Notes under the pieces: model-generated
Told to the model about the DNA's origin: nothing
The model's input: only the letters and a program-made list of their open reading frames with translations
The model's database searches: none
Shown here: positions 25,717 through 33,051 of the stretch, piece after piece
How the letters are laid out: each line of letters opens with the position of its first letter
Numbering within the stretch: the first letter of the stretch is position 1
DNA from: Candidatus Micrarchaeota archaeon
GTDB lineage: Archaea > Micrarchaeota > Micrarchaeia > Norongarragalinales > UBA97
Direction of reading: 5' to 3'
Length of the DNA stretch: 36,591 nt
Assembly (NCBI GenBank): GCA_038046065.1
Contig: JBBSWX010000011.1
Location: 21,145 to 57,735 of the forward strand
Position numbers and translations under genes: made by a program

Positions 25717-25741
25717 CATTTTAAACCACGCGGCGTATATA
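25717..25741. promoter_or_regulatory. Short divergent promoter region with TATA-like boxes (TTTTAAAC / GTATATAAG)
   Basis: TTTTAAAC at 25720-25727 lies about 23 nt from ATG 25750 (+) and about 29 nt from ATG 25691 (-). This is compatible with leaderless transcripts in both directions. Confidence 0.3.
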
Positions 25742-25749
25742 AGCAGCAT

Positions 25750-27096
25750 ATGTCTACGATTTCTTTCCTCGGCGCCTGCCGCGAAGTCGGCCGCAGCAGT
25801 TTTATCGTCACCGGCCGCGAGAGCACTATGCTAGACTGCGGCGTCAAGTTCGGCGAGGCCGAAGAGCACCCGCTGGTCACGAAACGCCTGTTGAAGACGC
25901 TCGACCGCGTCGTGATAAGCCACGCGCACCTCGACCACAGCGGTTACGCGCCTGCGTTGTTCGAGCAAGGCTATTCCGGGCCGGTGTATTGCACGAAGCC
26001 CACGCGCGACATTATGCAACTATTGCTCGCCGATTATTTGCGCATCGCGCGCGAGTCCGGCTCGAAAACGTATTCGCAGAAAGGCGTTGCGAAACTCCTC
26101 GCCGCAATGAAGTGCCTCGAGTACGGCGACGAGAATTCCTTCAAAAAGACGGGCATCCGCCTCGACCACGCCGGCCACATTCTCGGCAGCGCCACTATTC
26201 TCTTGCGCCACGATTCGGGAACGTTGTTGTACACCGGGGACTTGAACGTGCGCGAAACGCGGTTGCTCGAACCCGCCGGCTCGCCTCCTGCGGCGGACGC
26301 GCTGCTTATGGAAAGCACTTACGGCGCGAAAGGCGACGTGCGCCCCTCGACGAAGGACGCCACGCAGTTTTTCATAAGCTCGCTCAAGCGCACGCTCGAC
26401 GCCGGCGGTAAAGTCATTGTGCCCACGTTCGCAGTAGGCCGCGGCCAGGAAGTGTTGTTCACCGTCGAGAGCCACATGATTTCCGGCGCGCTTCCCCAAC
26501 TCCCGATTTTTCTTGACGGGATGGTGAAGAAGGCGCTGCGCATCTACCGCCACAATGCAGTGCACTTGAAGCGCGAGATACAACTGCGCATACTCACGAG
26601 CGACGACGACCCGTTCAAGAGCGAGCGCTACCATTTTCCCGAGCGCAAAGACCGCAGCGACGTGCTCGAGGCTGGCCCGTGCGTGATACTTTCCACCAGC
26701 GGGATGTTAAACGGCGGGCCAGTGCTGCACTATTTGGAAAAGCTTGGCGGCGACCCTGCCAACACGCTTATGCTCGTGGGTTACCAGGCTGAAGGAACTC
26801 TCGGCAGGAAGTTGTTGGAAGGCGCGAGGGAATTCACGCTACCCAACGGCCACAGCGTGGGTTTGAAGCTCAAGGTTTTGCAGGCGCAGTTCAGCGCGCA
26901 CGCCGACCACGACGAGCTCGTGCAGTACGCGCGCCGCGTGCAAGGCTTGCGCAAAGTTTTTTGCGTGCACGGCGAAGGCGGCAAGGCGGACGAGCTGGCT
27001 GCCGACGTGGAGCGCGCCTGCAACCGCGGGAAAGGCAGCCACGCGCCTCGCGTCGAAGCAATCGTCCCCGAGCTGGGCAGCACGCACGAACTCTAG
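25750..27096 (+). CDS. Beta-CASP metallo-beta-lactamase-fold ribonuclease (aCPSF2 / RNase J-like)
   Basis: From ATG 25750 the frame reads MSTISFLGACREVGRSSFIV. Also present are VISHAHLDHSG (HxHxDH), a later HILGSA, ESTYG and FSAHADHDEL (beta-CASP motifs), and VHGE. There are no N-terminal KH domains. Confidence 0.8.
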   Translation: MSTISFLGACREVGRSSFIVTGRESTMLDCGVKFGEAEEHPLVTKRLLKTLDRVVISHAHLDHSGYAPALFEQGYSGPVYCTKPTRDIMQLLLADYLRIARESGSKTYSQKGVAKLLAAMKCLEYGDENSFKKTGIRLDHAGHILGSATILLRHDSGTLLYTGDLNVRETRLLEPAGSPPAADALLMESTYGAKGDVRPSTKDATQFFISSLKRTLDAGGKVIVPTFAVGRGQEVLFTVESHMISGALPQLPIFLDGMVKKALRIYRHNAVHLKREIQLRILTSDDDPFKSERYHFPERKDRSDVLEAGPCVILSTSGMLNGGPVLHYLEKLGGDPANTLMLVGYQAEGTLGRKLLEGAREFTLPNGHSVGLKLKVLQAQFSAHADHDELVQYARRVQGLRKVFCVHGEGGKADELAADVERACNRGKGSHAPRVEAIVPELGSTHEL

Positions 27097-27144
27097 CTTT
27101 TTTAAACTCCGGTAGCCTAATTGCCGGAAAGGTGGTGTGGGCAT

Positions 27145-27501
27145 ATGGCTTCCAAGAAAGTTTCTTCCCTGAAATCTCTCGCGAGGAAAGCGCTTGTCGA
27201 CCGCAACGTGATTGCCGCTGCGTTCTATTTCGTCGTAGTCCTCCCATTCGGCTGGCTCATATCTCTCGTTGCGTTCGCCGTCGTGAAAGACAAGCTCTTG
27301 CGCTTCCACTCGCTGCAAGCAGCGCTGTTCGGCATTGCCGTGCAAGTCGTGCTTTACGCCGCCTCCATCTTCGCGCCCGTGCTCGCGTCGCTGCTGGGCG
27401 TGGTTGCGTTCGTCGCTTGGGTTGCCGCCATTTACTACGCGTTGAAGGAGGAAGAGTTCCTCATCCCGCTGGTGGGCGAAGTCGCGAAAAAGAACGCGTG
27501 A
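27145..27501 (+). CDS. Small membrane protein, DUF4870-like
   Basis: AAFYFVVVLPFGWLISLVAFAVVKDKLLRFHSLQAALFGI plus further TM segments. ATG 27145 is preferred over TTG 27121. Confidence 0.55.
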   Translation: MASKKVSSLKSLARKALVDRNVIAAAFYFVVVLPFGWLISLVAFAVVKDKLLRFHSLQAALFGIAVQVVLYAASIFAPVLASLLGVVAFVAWVAAIYYALKEEEFLIPLVGEVAKKNA

Positions 27502-27558
27502 GCCTTTCTTAGGGTTGCGGCCACCGTTGCGTCAGTCGCAGCAATAGCCCTTGCAAAA

Positions 27559-27617
27559 TTACTATAAGTTACTAAAAATCAACTATAAATTACTTTAAGG
27601 CTTCGTGCTTAAAGTAA
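27559..27617. repeat. Array of a 10-bp AT-rich motif TTACTWTAAR (3-4 head-to-tail copies plus 1 inverted copy), left of the COG2865 gene
   Basis: TTACTATAAG at 27559, TTACTAAAAA at 27569, AACTATAAA at 27581 and TTACTTTAAG at 27590, plus inverted CTTAAAGTAA at 27608. The last copies overlap the stop codon and final codons of the gene. Confidence 0.7.
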
Positions 27618-28977
27618 CCGTCTCGTAGTAGGCGCCCCGGAACCTGCCGACCCTTCGCAGCTTGTTTTGCTTTACCAGCTCGTTGAGGTCTGCCGTGGCA
27701 GTCGGCTGCGATACTCCTGTAAGCTTGACTAGATCTTTGGTTCTTATCTTGCTATGCGCCTTCGCAAATGCCATCGCCTGCTGCTGGCGAGGATTCTCGT
27801 ATTCTAAGGGGCGCCGCGGTTTGGCACTTGACGGGCCGTATAGTATTAGCTGGAACGCGTTGCCGAGGTTGTTGAACTCCGGGTCGGGCAGGTTCGCCTG
27901 CCTGCAGCGTTTGATGATGTTAGGCACGCCGGTGCCCAAGCCTTCGCCAAGCCCGAAATCTTGCAATAATTTGTAGCTCAAGGGATTGCGGTGCTTGGGG
28001 TTCTTGAAGAAATTTTGTTGCGTCTGGCCGGGCAGCAGGCCGCCGGGGTTGGTGATTACCAGCTTGTCTTCAAACAGTTCTATGCGGGTTGGCATAGGAT
28101 CGTAGTAATCCCGGTGGCCTATCGCGTTGGTTATCGCCTCGCGCAAGGCCTCTTCAGGATAGTCCAGCACCGTTTGGCGCGTGGTTCCGGAGATTCGCTG
28201 CGTCCGCCCAATCTTCTGGAGGGTGAGCTGGTAAGTGGCGCTTATGAGTTCTGGGATGGTGCCGCTTGTCCGCTGGTCGAACGTAATGCCTTCCACGTCT
28301 TTCTCATTGCCGCGGTAGACTATAATGCGCGCCTCCAAGTTGTTGAAGTGCCTTGCAGGGTCTTTTGCAAAGAACATTGGCGCCACGTTCTTCAGGTAGA
28401 ACGCGCCGTTGAAGCCTGCGATCTTGAGGCCTGCGAGCCTCGTCTTCAGTTCCTCCGCATTTCGGGGGTTGAATTCAACGCCGCGTTTCTTAAAATAGAC
28501 TGCAAGCTTGTTTGCGTCGAGGTCGTCCAGCCGGGCTTGGCTTTTCTTCTCCTCGAAATTCAGGATGCCGCGCGTTTGCAAGTATGCGACTAGCGCATCG
28601 CCGTAAAGCTCGACGTTAGTCGTGCCTTGCCTGATGAAGCAGCGCCGCTTGTAGTGGCAGAGTGATTGCGAGTGCGCGACTTCCCCGACCTTCAGGGCTA
28701 TGAACGTTTTTCCCTCGTTTTTCACGAACTCTTGTTCAACGTTGCAGTTGCCGCACTCGTCGAGGGCCTGCCGGATTCTCCGCGATTCCTCGTCCGCGTC
28801 CTTAACGCCATTAAGCTCCCCTCTAGACCCTACGCCGATTATCACCAGCCCGCCGGAGGTGTTGGCTAACGCCGAGATGCTTTCACCAAGGTTTTTCTGC
28901 ACGCTCGACTTGAGTTCCACGGTCGGGCCTTCGCCTTCTGAAGCCGCGCGCTGCAAATCCGCGAAAGAGAAAGTCAT
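27595..28977 (-). CDS. COG2865-type protein: Schlafen/AlbA_2 N-terminal domain, HATPase_c_4-like middle, C-terminal winged helix
   Basis: GEGPTVELKSS....LANTSGGLVIIGV (AlbA_2/Schlafen-like start), EALREAITNAIGHRDY (ATPase-like region) and a C-terminal RTKDLVKLTGVSQPTATADLNELVKQNKLRRVG (wHTH). Confidence 0.8.
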   Translation of the reverse strand: MTFSFADLQRAASEGEGPTVELKSSVQKNLGESISALANTSGGLVIIGVGSRGELNGVKDADEESRRIRQALDECGNCNVEQEFVKNEGKTFIALKVGEVAHSQSLCHYKRRCFIRQGTTNVELYGDALVAYLQTRGILNFEEKKSQARLDDLDANKLAVYFKKRGVEFNPRNAEELKTRLAGLKIAGFNGAFYLKNVAPMFFAKDPARHFNNLEARIIVYRGNEKDVEGITFDQRTSGTIPELISATYQLTLQKIGRTQRISGTTRQTVLDYPEEALREAITNAIGHRDYYDPMPTRIELFEDKLVITNPGGLLPGQTQQNFFKNPKHRNPLSYKLLQDFGLGEGLGTGVPNIIKRCRQANLPDPEFNNLGNAFQLILYGPSSAKPRRPLEYENPRQQQAMAFAKAHSKIRTKDLVKLTGVSQPTATADLNELVKQNKLRRVGRFRGAYYETVTLSTKP

Positions 28978-29030
28978 TTCACTGCCGCCTTAACTGCCTT
29001 CAGCGCTTCCTCGCGCGTCGTTCCCGCCAT
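28974..29030 (-). CDS. 18-codon upstream ORF (MAGTTREEALKAVKAAVK) whose stop overlaps the COG2865 start codon (ATGA)
   Basis: Read directly from the sequence. ATG 29030 lies 22-29 nt downstream of the TATA-like ATTTATAG (minus strand, 29052-29059), so it could be the first codon of a leaderless mRNA. Confidence 0.25.
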   Translation of the reverse strand: MAGTTREEALKAVKAAVK

Positions 29031-29037
29031 AGTGGAA

Positions 29038-29085
29038 TTACTTTAAGTTACTATAAATTACTTTGCTTAAAGTAACTTAAAGTTT
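29038..29085. repeat. Array of the same 10-bp motif TTACTWTAAR (3 head-to-tail copies plus 2 inverted), upstream of the COG2865 gene
   Basis: TTACTTTAAG at 29038, TTACTATAAA at 29048 and TTACTTTGCT at 29058 (exact 10-bp period). Inverted CTTAAAGTAA lies at 29066 and CTTAAAGTTT at 29076. Confidence 0.7.
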
Positions 29086-29137
29086 CCTTGCCCGCAAGGT
29101 TTTTGCTGCGTTGCGGCCTACTGCGCCGCCGCAGGTA

Positions 29138-29401
29138 CTATCCCGTTGCGAGCTTCTGCCGCGCCTCGGGCGTGACGGTCCACTTGAGCCACTTGCGGTA
29201 GTCCCCGCCCTTCGGACGGCCGGTGCGCTTGACGTACCCCTTCTCTTCACAAAACTTCAGTATCTTCAACGCGAATTCCTTGTCGCGAATCAGTTCTTCA
29301 GCGACAGCGCGCGTAGAGAGCGGCAGGGGAAAGCGGTCTGCCAGCAAGCCCACGACCTCGCCGGCGAGCTTGTTGCGCGTTTTGTCGGAAATTTTGGGCA
29401 T
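29138..29401 (-). CDS. Small winged-helix-like protein (about 87 aa)
   Basis: From ATG 29401 the frame reads MPKISDKTRNKLAGEVVGLLADRFPLPLSTRAVAEELIRDKEFALKILKFCEEKGYVKRTGRPKGG.... AAATTTAAAG lies about 25 nt upstream. Confidence 0.5.
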   Translation of the reverse strand: MPKISDKTRNKLAGEVVGLLADRFPLPLSTRAVAEELIRDKEFALKILKFCEEKGYVKRTGRPKGGDYRKWLKWTVTPEARQKLATG

Positions 29402-29505
29402 GAGAAGGCTACTGCACCACCCTTTAAATTTTTGGCGGTATACCGCAACTGGCTTGTTTCGAGCCTTCCGCAACCGCTTTAACCCCCCTCCCCCCCAAAT
29501 TCTGT

Positions 29506-31020
29506 ATGCAGACGCGCTTGGCGGGCTCGCCTCCCGCGGACGAGCTTCAAACAGCCGTGGCCGAGCCTCCCGTGGCAGGCGCGCCTTTCGAAACCGCCTG
29601 CCGCCGCGTGGGTAACGAGGTGTGCGGCTGGAACGACATTCTCTTGTGCCATCATTACGATGCGGATGGCTTGAGCGCTGCCGGGCTGGTGGCGAGCGTG
29701 TTCAAGCGTTTGAAGAAAAAGTTTTCCACCCTCTCGCTCAAGCGCGTGGATGGCGAGAACCTTGAAAAGGCGTGGAAGGCTTTAGAGGCGGGGGGGCTTT
29801 CCTCCGTGGTTTTCGTTGACTTGGGTTCGGGCCAGCTGGAGTTGATTGAAGAGAAGATTGCCGGCAGGTGGCCTACTGCGGTGATAGACCACCACGTGCC
29901 CTCCGCTGCAGCAGTTCGCGTGCTGCAGGCAAACTGCGAGCTTCACGGTTACAGCGGCAGTACGGATGCGTGCTCGGCCAGCACGGCGTTCTATTGCTTT
30001 AAGGACGTCGAGTGGCGTGATGAGGTAACTGGGCAGCAGCGCGATAATTGGGATTTGTGCCACTTGGCGGTGGTGGGCAGCGTGGGGGACATGCAGGACG
30101 CCGGCGGGCTAGTTTCGTTGAACCGCAAGATTGTTGACGAGGCGTGCGACCGGGGGCTTGTTGAGAAGGGCCGTGACTTGCGCATGTTCGGCCGCGTGTC
30201 GCGCAACCTAGTGAACTTCTTGGCTTTCGCGAGCGAGCCTTACCTTCCGGGGCTTACGGGCCGCGAGAAGAACTGCGCTGCTTTCCTCGAGGATAACGGC
30301 ATTGCCTTCAAGCGCGGGGAGGAATGGCTGCATTACGTTGATTTGGACGGCAACGAGCGCCGGAAGCTCGTCACCGCGCTTGTCAACCATTGTCTCGAGA
30401 AAGGGATTGACGCCGAGGTCGTCGCTTCTCTCGTTGGCGAGGTTTACCGCTTTCCGCGCGAGGCTGCCAAGACCGAGTTGAGTGACGCTTACGAGTTTTC
30501 CACTCTCTTGAACGCCTGCGGCAGGCACGGCGCCGAGGCGCTCGGGATTGCGGTGTGCACGCGCGAGGAAGGCAGCCTCGACCAGGCGCATAGCGTGCTG
30601 CGCCACCACCGCATGCTCATCAGCAAAGGCATTTCCTTCTGCGCACGCCACTCGAACGACTTCGGCGCGTTTTACTTTGTGGACGCGCGCGGCGAAGTGG
30701 AGGATACTGTGATTGGCACCGTCATCGGCAGTTTTTTCGCTTCCGGCAATTTTTCCCGCAGCAAGCCCATCATCGGCTTTTCCACCGACCCTTCCGGCGG
30801 GGTGAAGATAAGCGGCCGGGCGAGCAAGCCGCTTGTCGAGCAAGGTTGTGACCTCAACCTTTTGATGCGCGAGGCGGCGCAATCTTCCGGAGGGTTGGGC
30901 GGCGGCCACAAGATTGCCGCTGGCGCGTCTATTCCCGACGGCCGTGAGGAAGAGTTCCTCCGCAAGGCGAAAGAAATCCTTGAAAAGCAGTTGGGCAAGC
31001 GCACGGGCGCGCAAGCGTAA
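29506..31020 (+). CDS. RecJ-like DHH/DHHA1 phosphoesterase (archaeal GAN/Cdc45-RecJ family)
   Basis: LLCHHYDADGLSAAGL (motif I/II), AVIDHHV (DHH), GDMQD and a C-terminal GGLGGGHKIAAGASI (DHHA1 GGGH). Confidence 0.8.
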   Translation: MQTRLAGSPPADELQTAVAEPPVAGAPFETACRRVGNEVCGWNDILLCHHYDADGLSAAGLVASVFKRLKKKFSTLSLKRVDGENLEKAWKALEAGGLSSVVFVDLGSGQLELIEEKIAGRWPTAVIDHHVPSAAAVRVLQANCELHGYSGSTDACSASTAFYCFKDVEWRDEVTGQQRDNWDLCHLAVVGSVGDMQDAGGLVSLNRKIVDEACDRGLVEKGRDLRMFGRVSRNLVNFLAFASEPYLPGLTGREKNCAAFLEDNGIAFKRGEEWLHYVDLDGNERRKLVTALVNHCLEKGIDAEVVASLVGEVYRFPREAAKTELSDAYEFSTLLNACGRHGAEALGIAVCTREEGSLDQAHSVLRHHRMLISKGISFCARHSNDFGAFYFVDARGEVEDTVIGTVIGSFFASGNFSRSKPIIGFSTDPSGGVKISGRASKPLVEQGCDLNLLMREAAQSSGGLGGGHKIAAGASIPDGREEEFLRKAKEILEKQLGKRTGAQA

Positions 31021-31029
31021 CGATAGTGC

Positions 31030-31245
31030 CTACTGCATCATCGCCACTGCAAGCCTTATGTCCTCACGCGTGAGCTGGTTCCTTCCCGCGTGGCGCGCCA
31101 GCAATTTTGCTTGGAAGACTATGCGTTGGCTTTCGTCCTCGAGGATTTCGCGCAGTTTTTTGCTGGCGCACTCGGACACGCGTTGCGCGCCTGCCCCGCG
31201 GATGAAGTCGTCCATATCAAATAACGATAGTGCTGTTCCCGCCAT
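31030..31245 (-). CDS. Archaeal histone (HMf-type histone fold)
   Basis: 71 aa. FIRGAGAQRVSECASKKLREILEDESQRIVFQAKLLARHAGRNQLTREDIRLAV parallels the HMfB core (AGA.RVS......L...LE.........A...A.HAGRKT....DI.LA). GGGGGAG lies 7 nt upstream of the ATG. Confidence 0.85.
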   Translation of the reverse strand: MAGTALSLFDMDDFIRGAGAQRVSECASKKLREILEDESQRIVFQAKLLARHAGRNQLTREDIRLAVAMMQ

Positions 31246-31269
31246 TTTCTCTCCCCCACTCTTTGCGGA

Positions 31270-31293
31270 GCGGCCGCCCCACCCTGCGGCCGC
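31270..31293. other. GC hairpin: two GCGGCCGC palindromes separated by 8 nt
   Basis: GCGGCCGC at 31270-31277 and 31286-31293, with the loop CCCACCCT. It lies between the Orc-like operon end and the histone start. No T-tract follows, so it is not called as a terminator. Confidence 0.5.
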
Positions 31294-31303
31294 CCGCGCC
31301 TGA

Positions 31304-31349
31304 ACGAAACTGTTGAAATACGAAACTGTCGAAACCCGTTTCTTGAAAC
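31304..31349. repeat. 16-bp tandem repeat x2 (ACGAAACTGT[T/C]GAAA[T/C]) followed by the palindrome GTTTC-TT-GAAAC
   Basis: The units are 31304-31319 and 31320-31335, and GTTTCTTGAAAC lies at 31338-31349. Five GAAAC/GTTTC pentamers plus one GAAAT variant fall within about 45 bp upstream of the histone gene. Confidence 0.65.
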
Positions 31350-31354
31350 TTTCT

Positions 31355-31507
31355 TTACGCCCTTTGCAGCGAGCCGTACACGCCGTCGACGCTCATGCTC
31401 ACTATGCCGTTCGCGACGCTGAACTTGTATGCTGTCACGCTGTTGTCCAGCTCCGTCATTATCTCGCCGAGAGTCTTGCCGCCAATAATTCCAGTCATTT
31501 GTGTCAT
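31355..31507 (-). CDS. Unannotated 50-aa ORF immediately downstream of the Orc-like gene
   Basis: MTQMTGIIGGKTLGEIMTELDNSVTAYKFSVANGIVSMSVDGVYGSLQRA. It is below the ORF-track length cut-off. It starts 9 nt after the upstream stop and is preceded by GGGGGA. Confidence 0.3.
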   Translation of the reverse strand: MTQMTGIIGGKTLGEIMTELDNSVTAYKFSVANGIVSMSVDGVYGSLQRA

Positions 31508-31516
31508 TCCCCCGTT

Positions 31517-32704
31517 TTAACTCAACGTGAACAAGTTGCGGACTTTGCTTGCCGCGAAATAAACGTTTTTCTTCCTTCCGCCCACCGCGCGGCCTTGCAC
31601 TTCCACGAGCGGGAAAGGCACTTCCTTCTTGCGTTCGAGCTCTCGCTTGTCATCCCCCCTCAGTTGGTAGAGTGCGTTGAAGGCCGTGTTTTCCGCCAGG
31701 CTGCTTTTCGTGCAAATCTCTGCGAGCGTGAAGCCCGAGTTGTCCTTCAGCAGCAACTCCATTATTTGCTGTTGCGACGGCGAGAGCAACACCCACCAGT
31801 CGGCGTTGCCTTTCGTTATCTTCACTTCCGCGCCGCCAGTCGCCGCCTTGACTATCGGGTCGTCGGCAGACAGGCGCGACGCCTCCGTCTTCACGTCTAG
31901 CTCTCCCGACGCCATCTTGGCGAGCCTCGAGTTCAGCTCGTCGAACACGTAGCGCGGCGTGAGCAAGTTTTGTTCCGTAAGCACTTCATCAAGCGCCGCT
32001 TTCGAGAAGGGGTGCGTGCCTTTACCTCCCACTGCCTTTATCCGGTGCTCGACGATGTTTGTCATTTCTTCCTTCGAGAAGCCCTTGCGCGCCAGCACGT
32101 TCTTCTCGCCTATAAGGTGCATAAGCGAGTCGGGAAAGTTTTCCCTGCCAAGCGCGCCTACCACCAAACGCAGGTTGGGCACGTCGTCCAGCAGGTACTT
32201 GAATTCCATATACATCTCCGGGTTTGGCTCCAAGTGCGCCTCGTCCAAGAACCACACGAGCTTCCCTTGCTTCTTCCGGAGGGCGTCTACAATCTCCGAC
32301 CGCTTCACTTTCTTGCCCTTTTTCAGGCCTAATGCGCTTCCGATTGCCGAAATGACGCTTCCCAACGTTCCATTGCCGGGCAGGATGTTTATTTCAAACG
32401 CCAATTCTTCAAGCGAAGCCGGAGGGTGCTTGAACGTTACCACTTCGAACTCGTCTTGAGGCAGGTTGTAGTAGGCGTAGTACATGGCGCTGGTCTTGCC
32501 CACGCCCTTCGGCCCCATCAACATGTATGCCTTGGCGTCGAAAGCGAGCTTGTTAAGCAGCTTTTCCCCGTCCAGCGGGCAGTAGTACTTGAGGAAGGAG
32601 TCCTTGTCGTACGTCCTGAGGTCTTTGACGAACGGGTTTTCCTCCCAGCCTAGTTCTTCCAAGAGCTTCTTCTTGGCGTCAAAGATTTGAGTTTTGCCTT
32701 CCAT
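31517..32704 (-). CDS. AAA+ ATPase with C-terminal winged helix, divergent Orc1/Cdc6-like
   Basis: GPKGVGKTS (Walker A), LVWFLDEAH (Walker B), an ORC-like lid (GFSKEEMTNIVEHRI; TPRYVFDEL in the sensor-2 position) and a C-terminal wHTH (LSPSQQQIMELLLKDNSGFTLAEICTKSSLAENTAFNALYQL). ATG 32704 is preferred over 32785 because TTTTAAAT (minus strand, about 32738-32748) lies about 30 nt upstream of it. Confidence 0.6.
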   Translation of the reverse strand: MEGKTQIFDAKKKLLEELGWEENPFVKDLRTYDKDSFLKYYCPLDGEKLLNKLAFDAKAYMLMGPKGVGKTSAMYYAYYNLPQDEFEVVTFKHPPASLEELAFEINILPGNGTLGSVISAIGSALGLKKGKKVKRSEIVDALRKKQGKLVWFLDEAHLEPNPEMYMEFKYLLDDVPNLRLVVGALGRENFPDSLMHLIGEKNVLARKGFSKEEMTNIVEHRIKAVGGKGTHPFSKAALDEVLTEQNLLTPRYVFDELNSRLAKMASGELDVKTEASRLSADDPIVKAATGGAEVKITKGNADWWVLLSPSQQQIMELLLKDNSGFTLAEICTKSSLAENTAFNALYQLRGDDKRELERKKEVPFPLVEVQGRAVGGRKKNVYFAASKVRNLFTLS

Positions 32705-32758
32705 TTGTTTCAGCCCACCAGTAACGTGGTAAGAGTCATTTAAAAGAGTTGCGCTTCC

Positions 32759-32940
32759 GGTAAAAGGCAAATCGGAGAGATGCATGGCAAATAGCCTCTT
32801 TTACGCGGCTTGTAAGGGGCAACCCTCCCTCACACAAGGCTTATAAGAGAGTTGTATGAGTCTCTTATGAACCTTCGTAAAGCTCCTGGCAGTCGGTAAA
32901 AGGCATCTAAGGGCGGCAGCCAAACCTTTGTAAAAGGCAA
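32759..32940 (+). repeat. Four direct copies of KGTAARRGGCAW in the region upstream of the Orc-like gene
   Basis: GGTAAAAGGCAA at 32759, TGTAAGGGGCAA at 32811, GGTAAAAGGCAT at 32895 and TGTAAAAGGCAA at 32929. An AT-rich tract follows at about 32950-33040, with CTTATAAG palindromes at 32840 and 32987. Confidence 0.55.
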
Positions 32941-33051
32941 GCGTTGAAACTCGTTTTTAATTAGTGGAATTGAGGGTTATAAGCTCCTTATAAGCTTGTT
33001 TTCCGCTTTTAAAAATTAGCTTTTCTTTTCTTCCGGCAGGTTGGCGGTTGG

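Noticed and set aside
25068-25880. 270-aa version of the transglutaminase-like ORF, and the 25693 start of the beta-CASP gene
   Set aside because: The two extensions overlap each other on opposite strands and look non-coding. The internal ATGs (25691 and 25750) leave a 58-bp promoter with TATA-like boxes.
29031-29040. TAGTGGAATT shared between the COG2865 upstream region and the Orc-like upstream region (32962-32971), loosely resembling the AGTGGAA core of archaeal ORB boxes
   Set aside because: A single shared 10-mer is not statistically meaningful, and the flanks do not match the ORB consensus.
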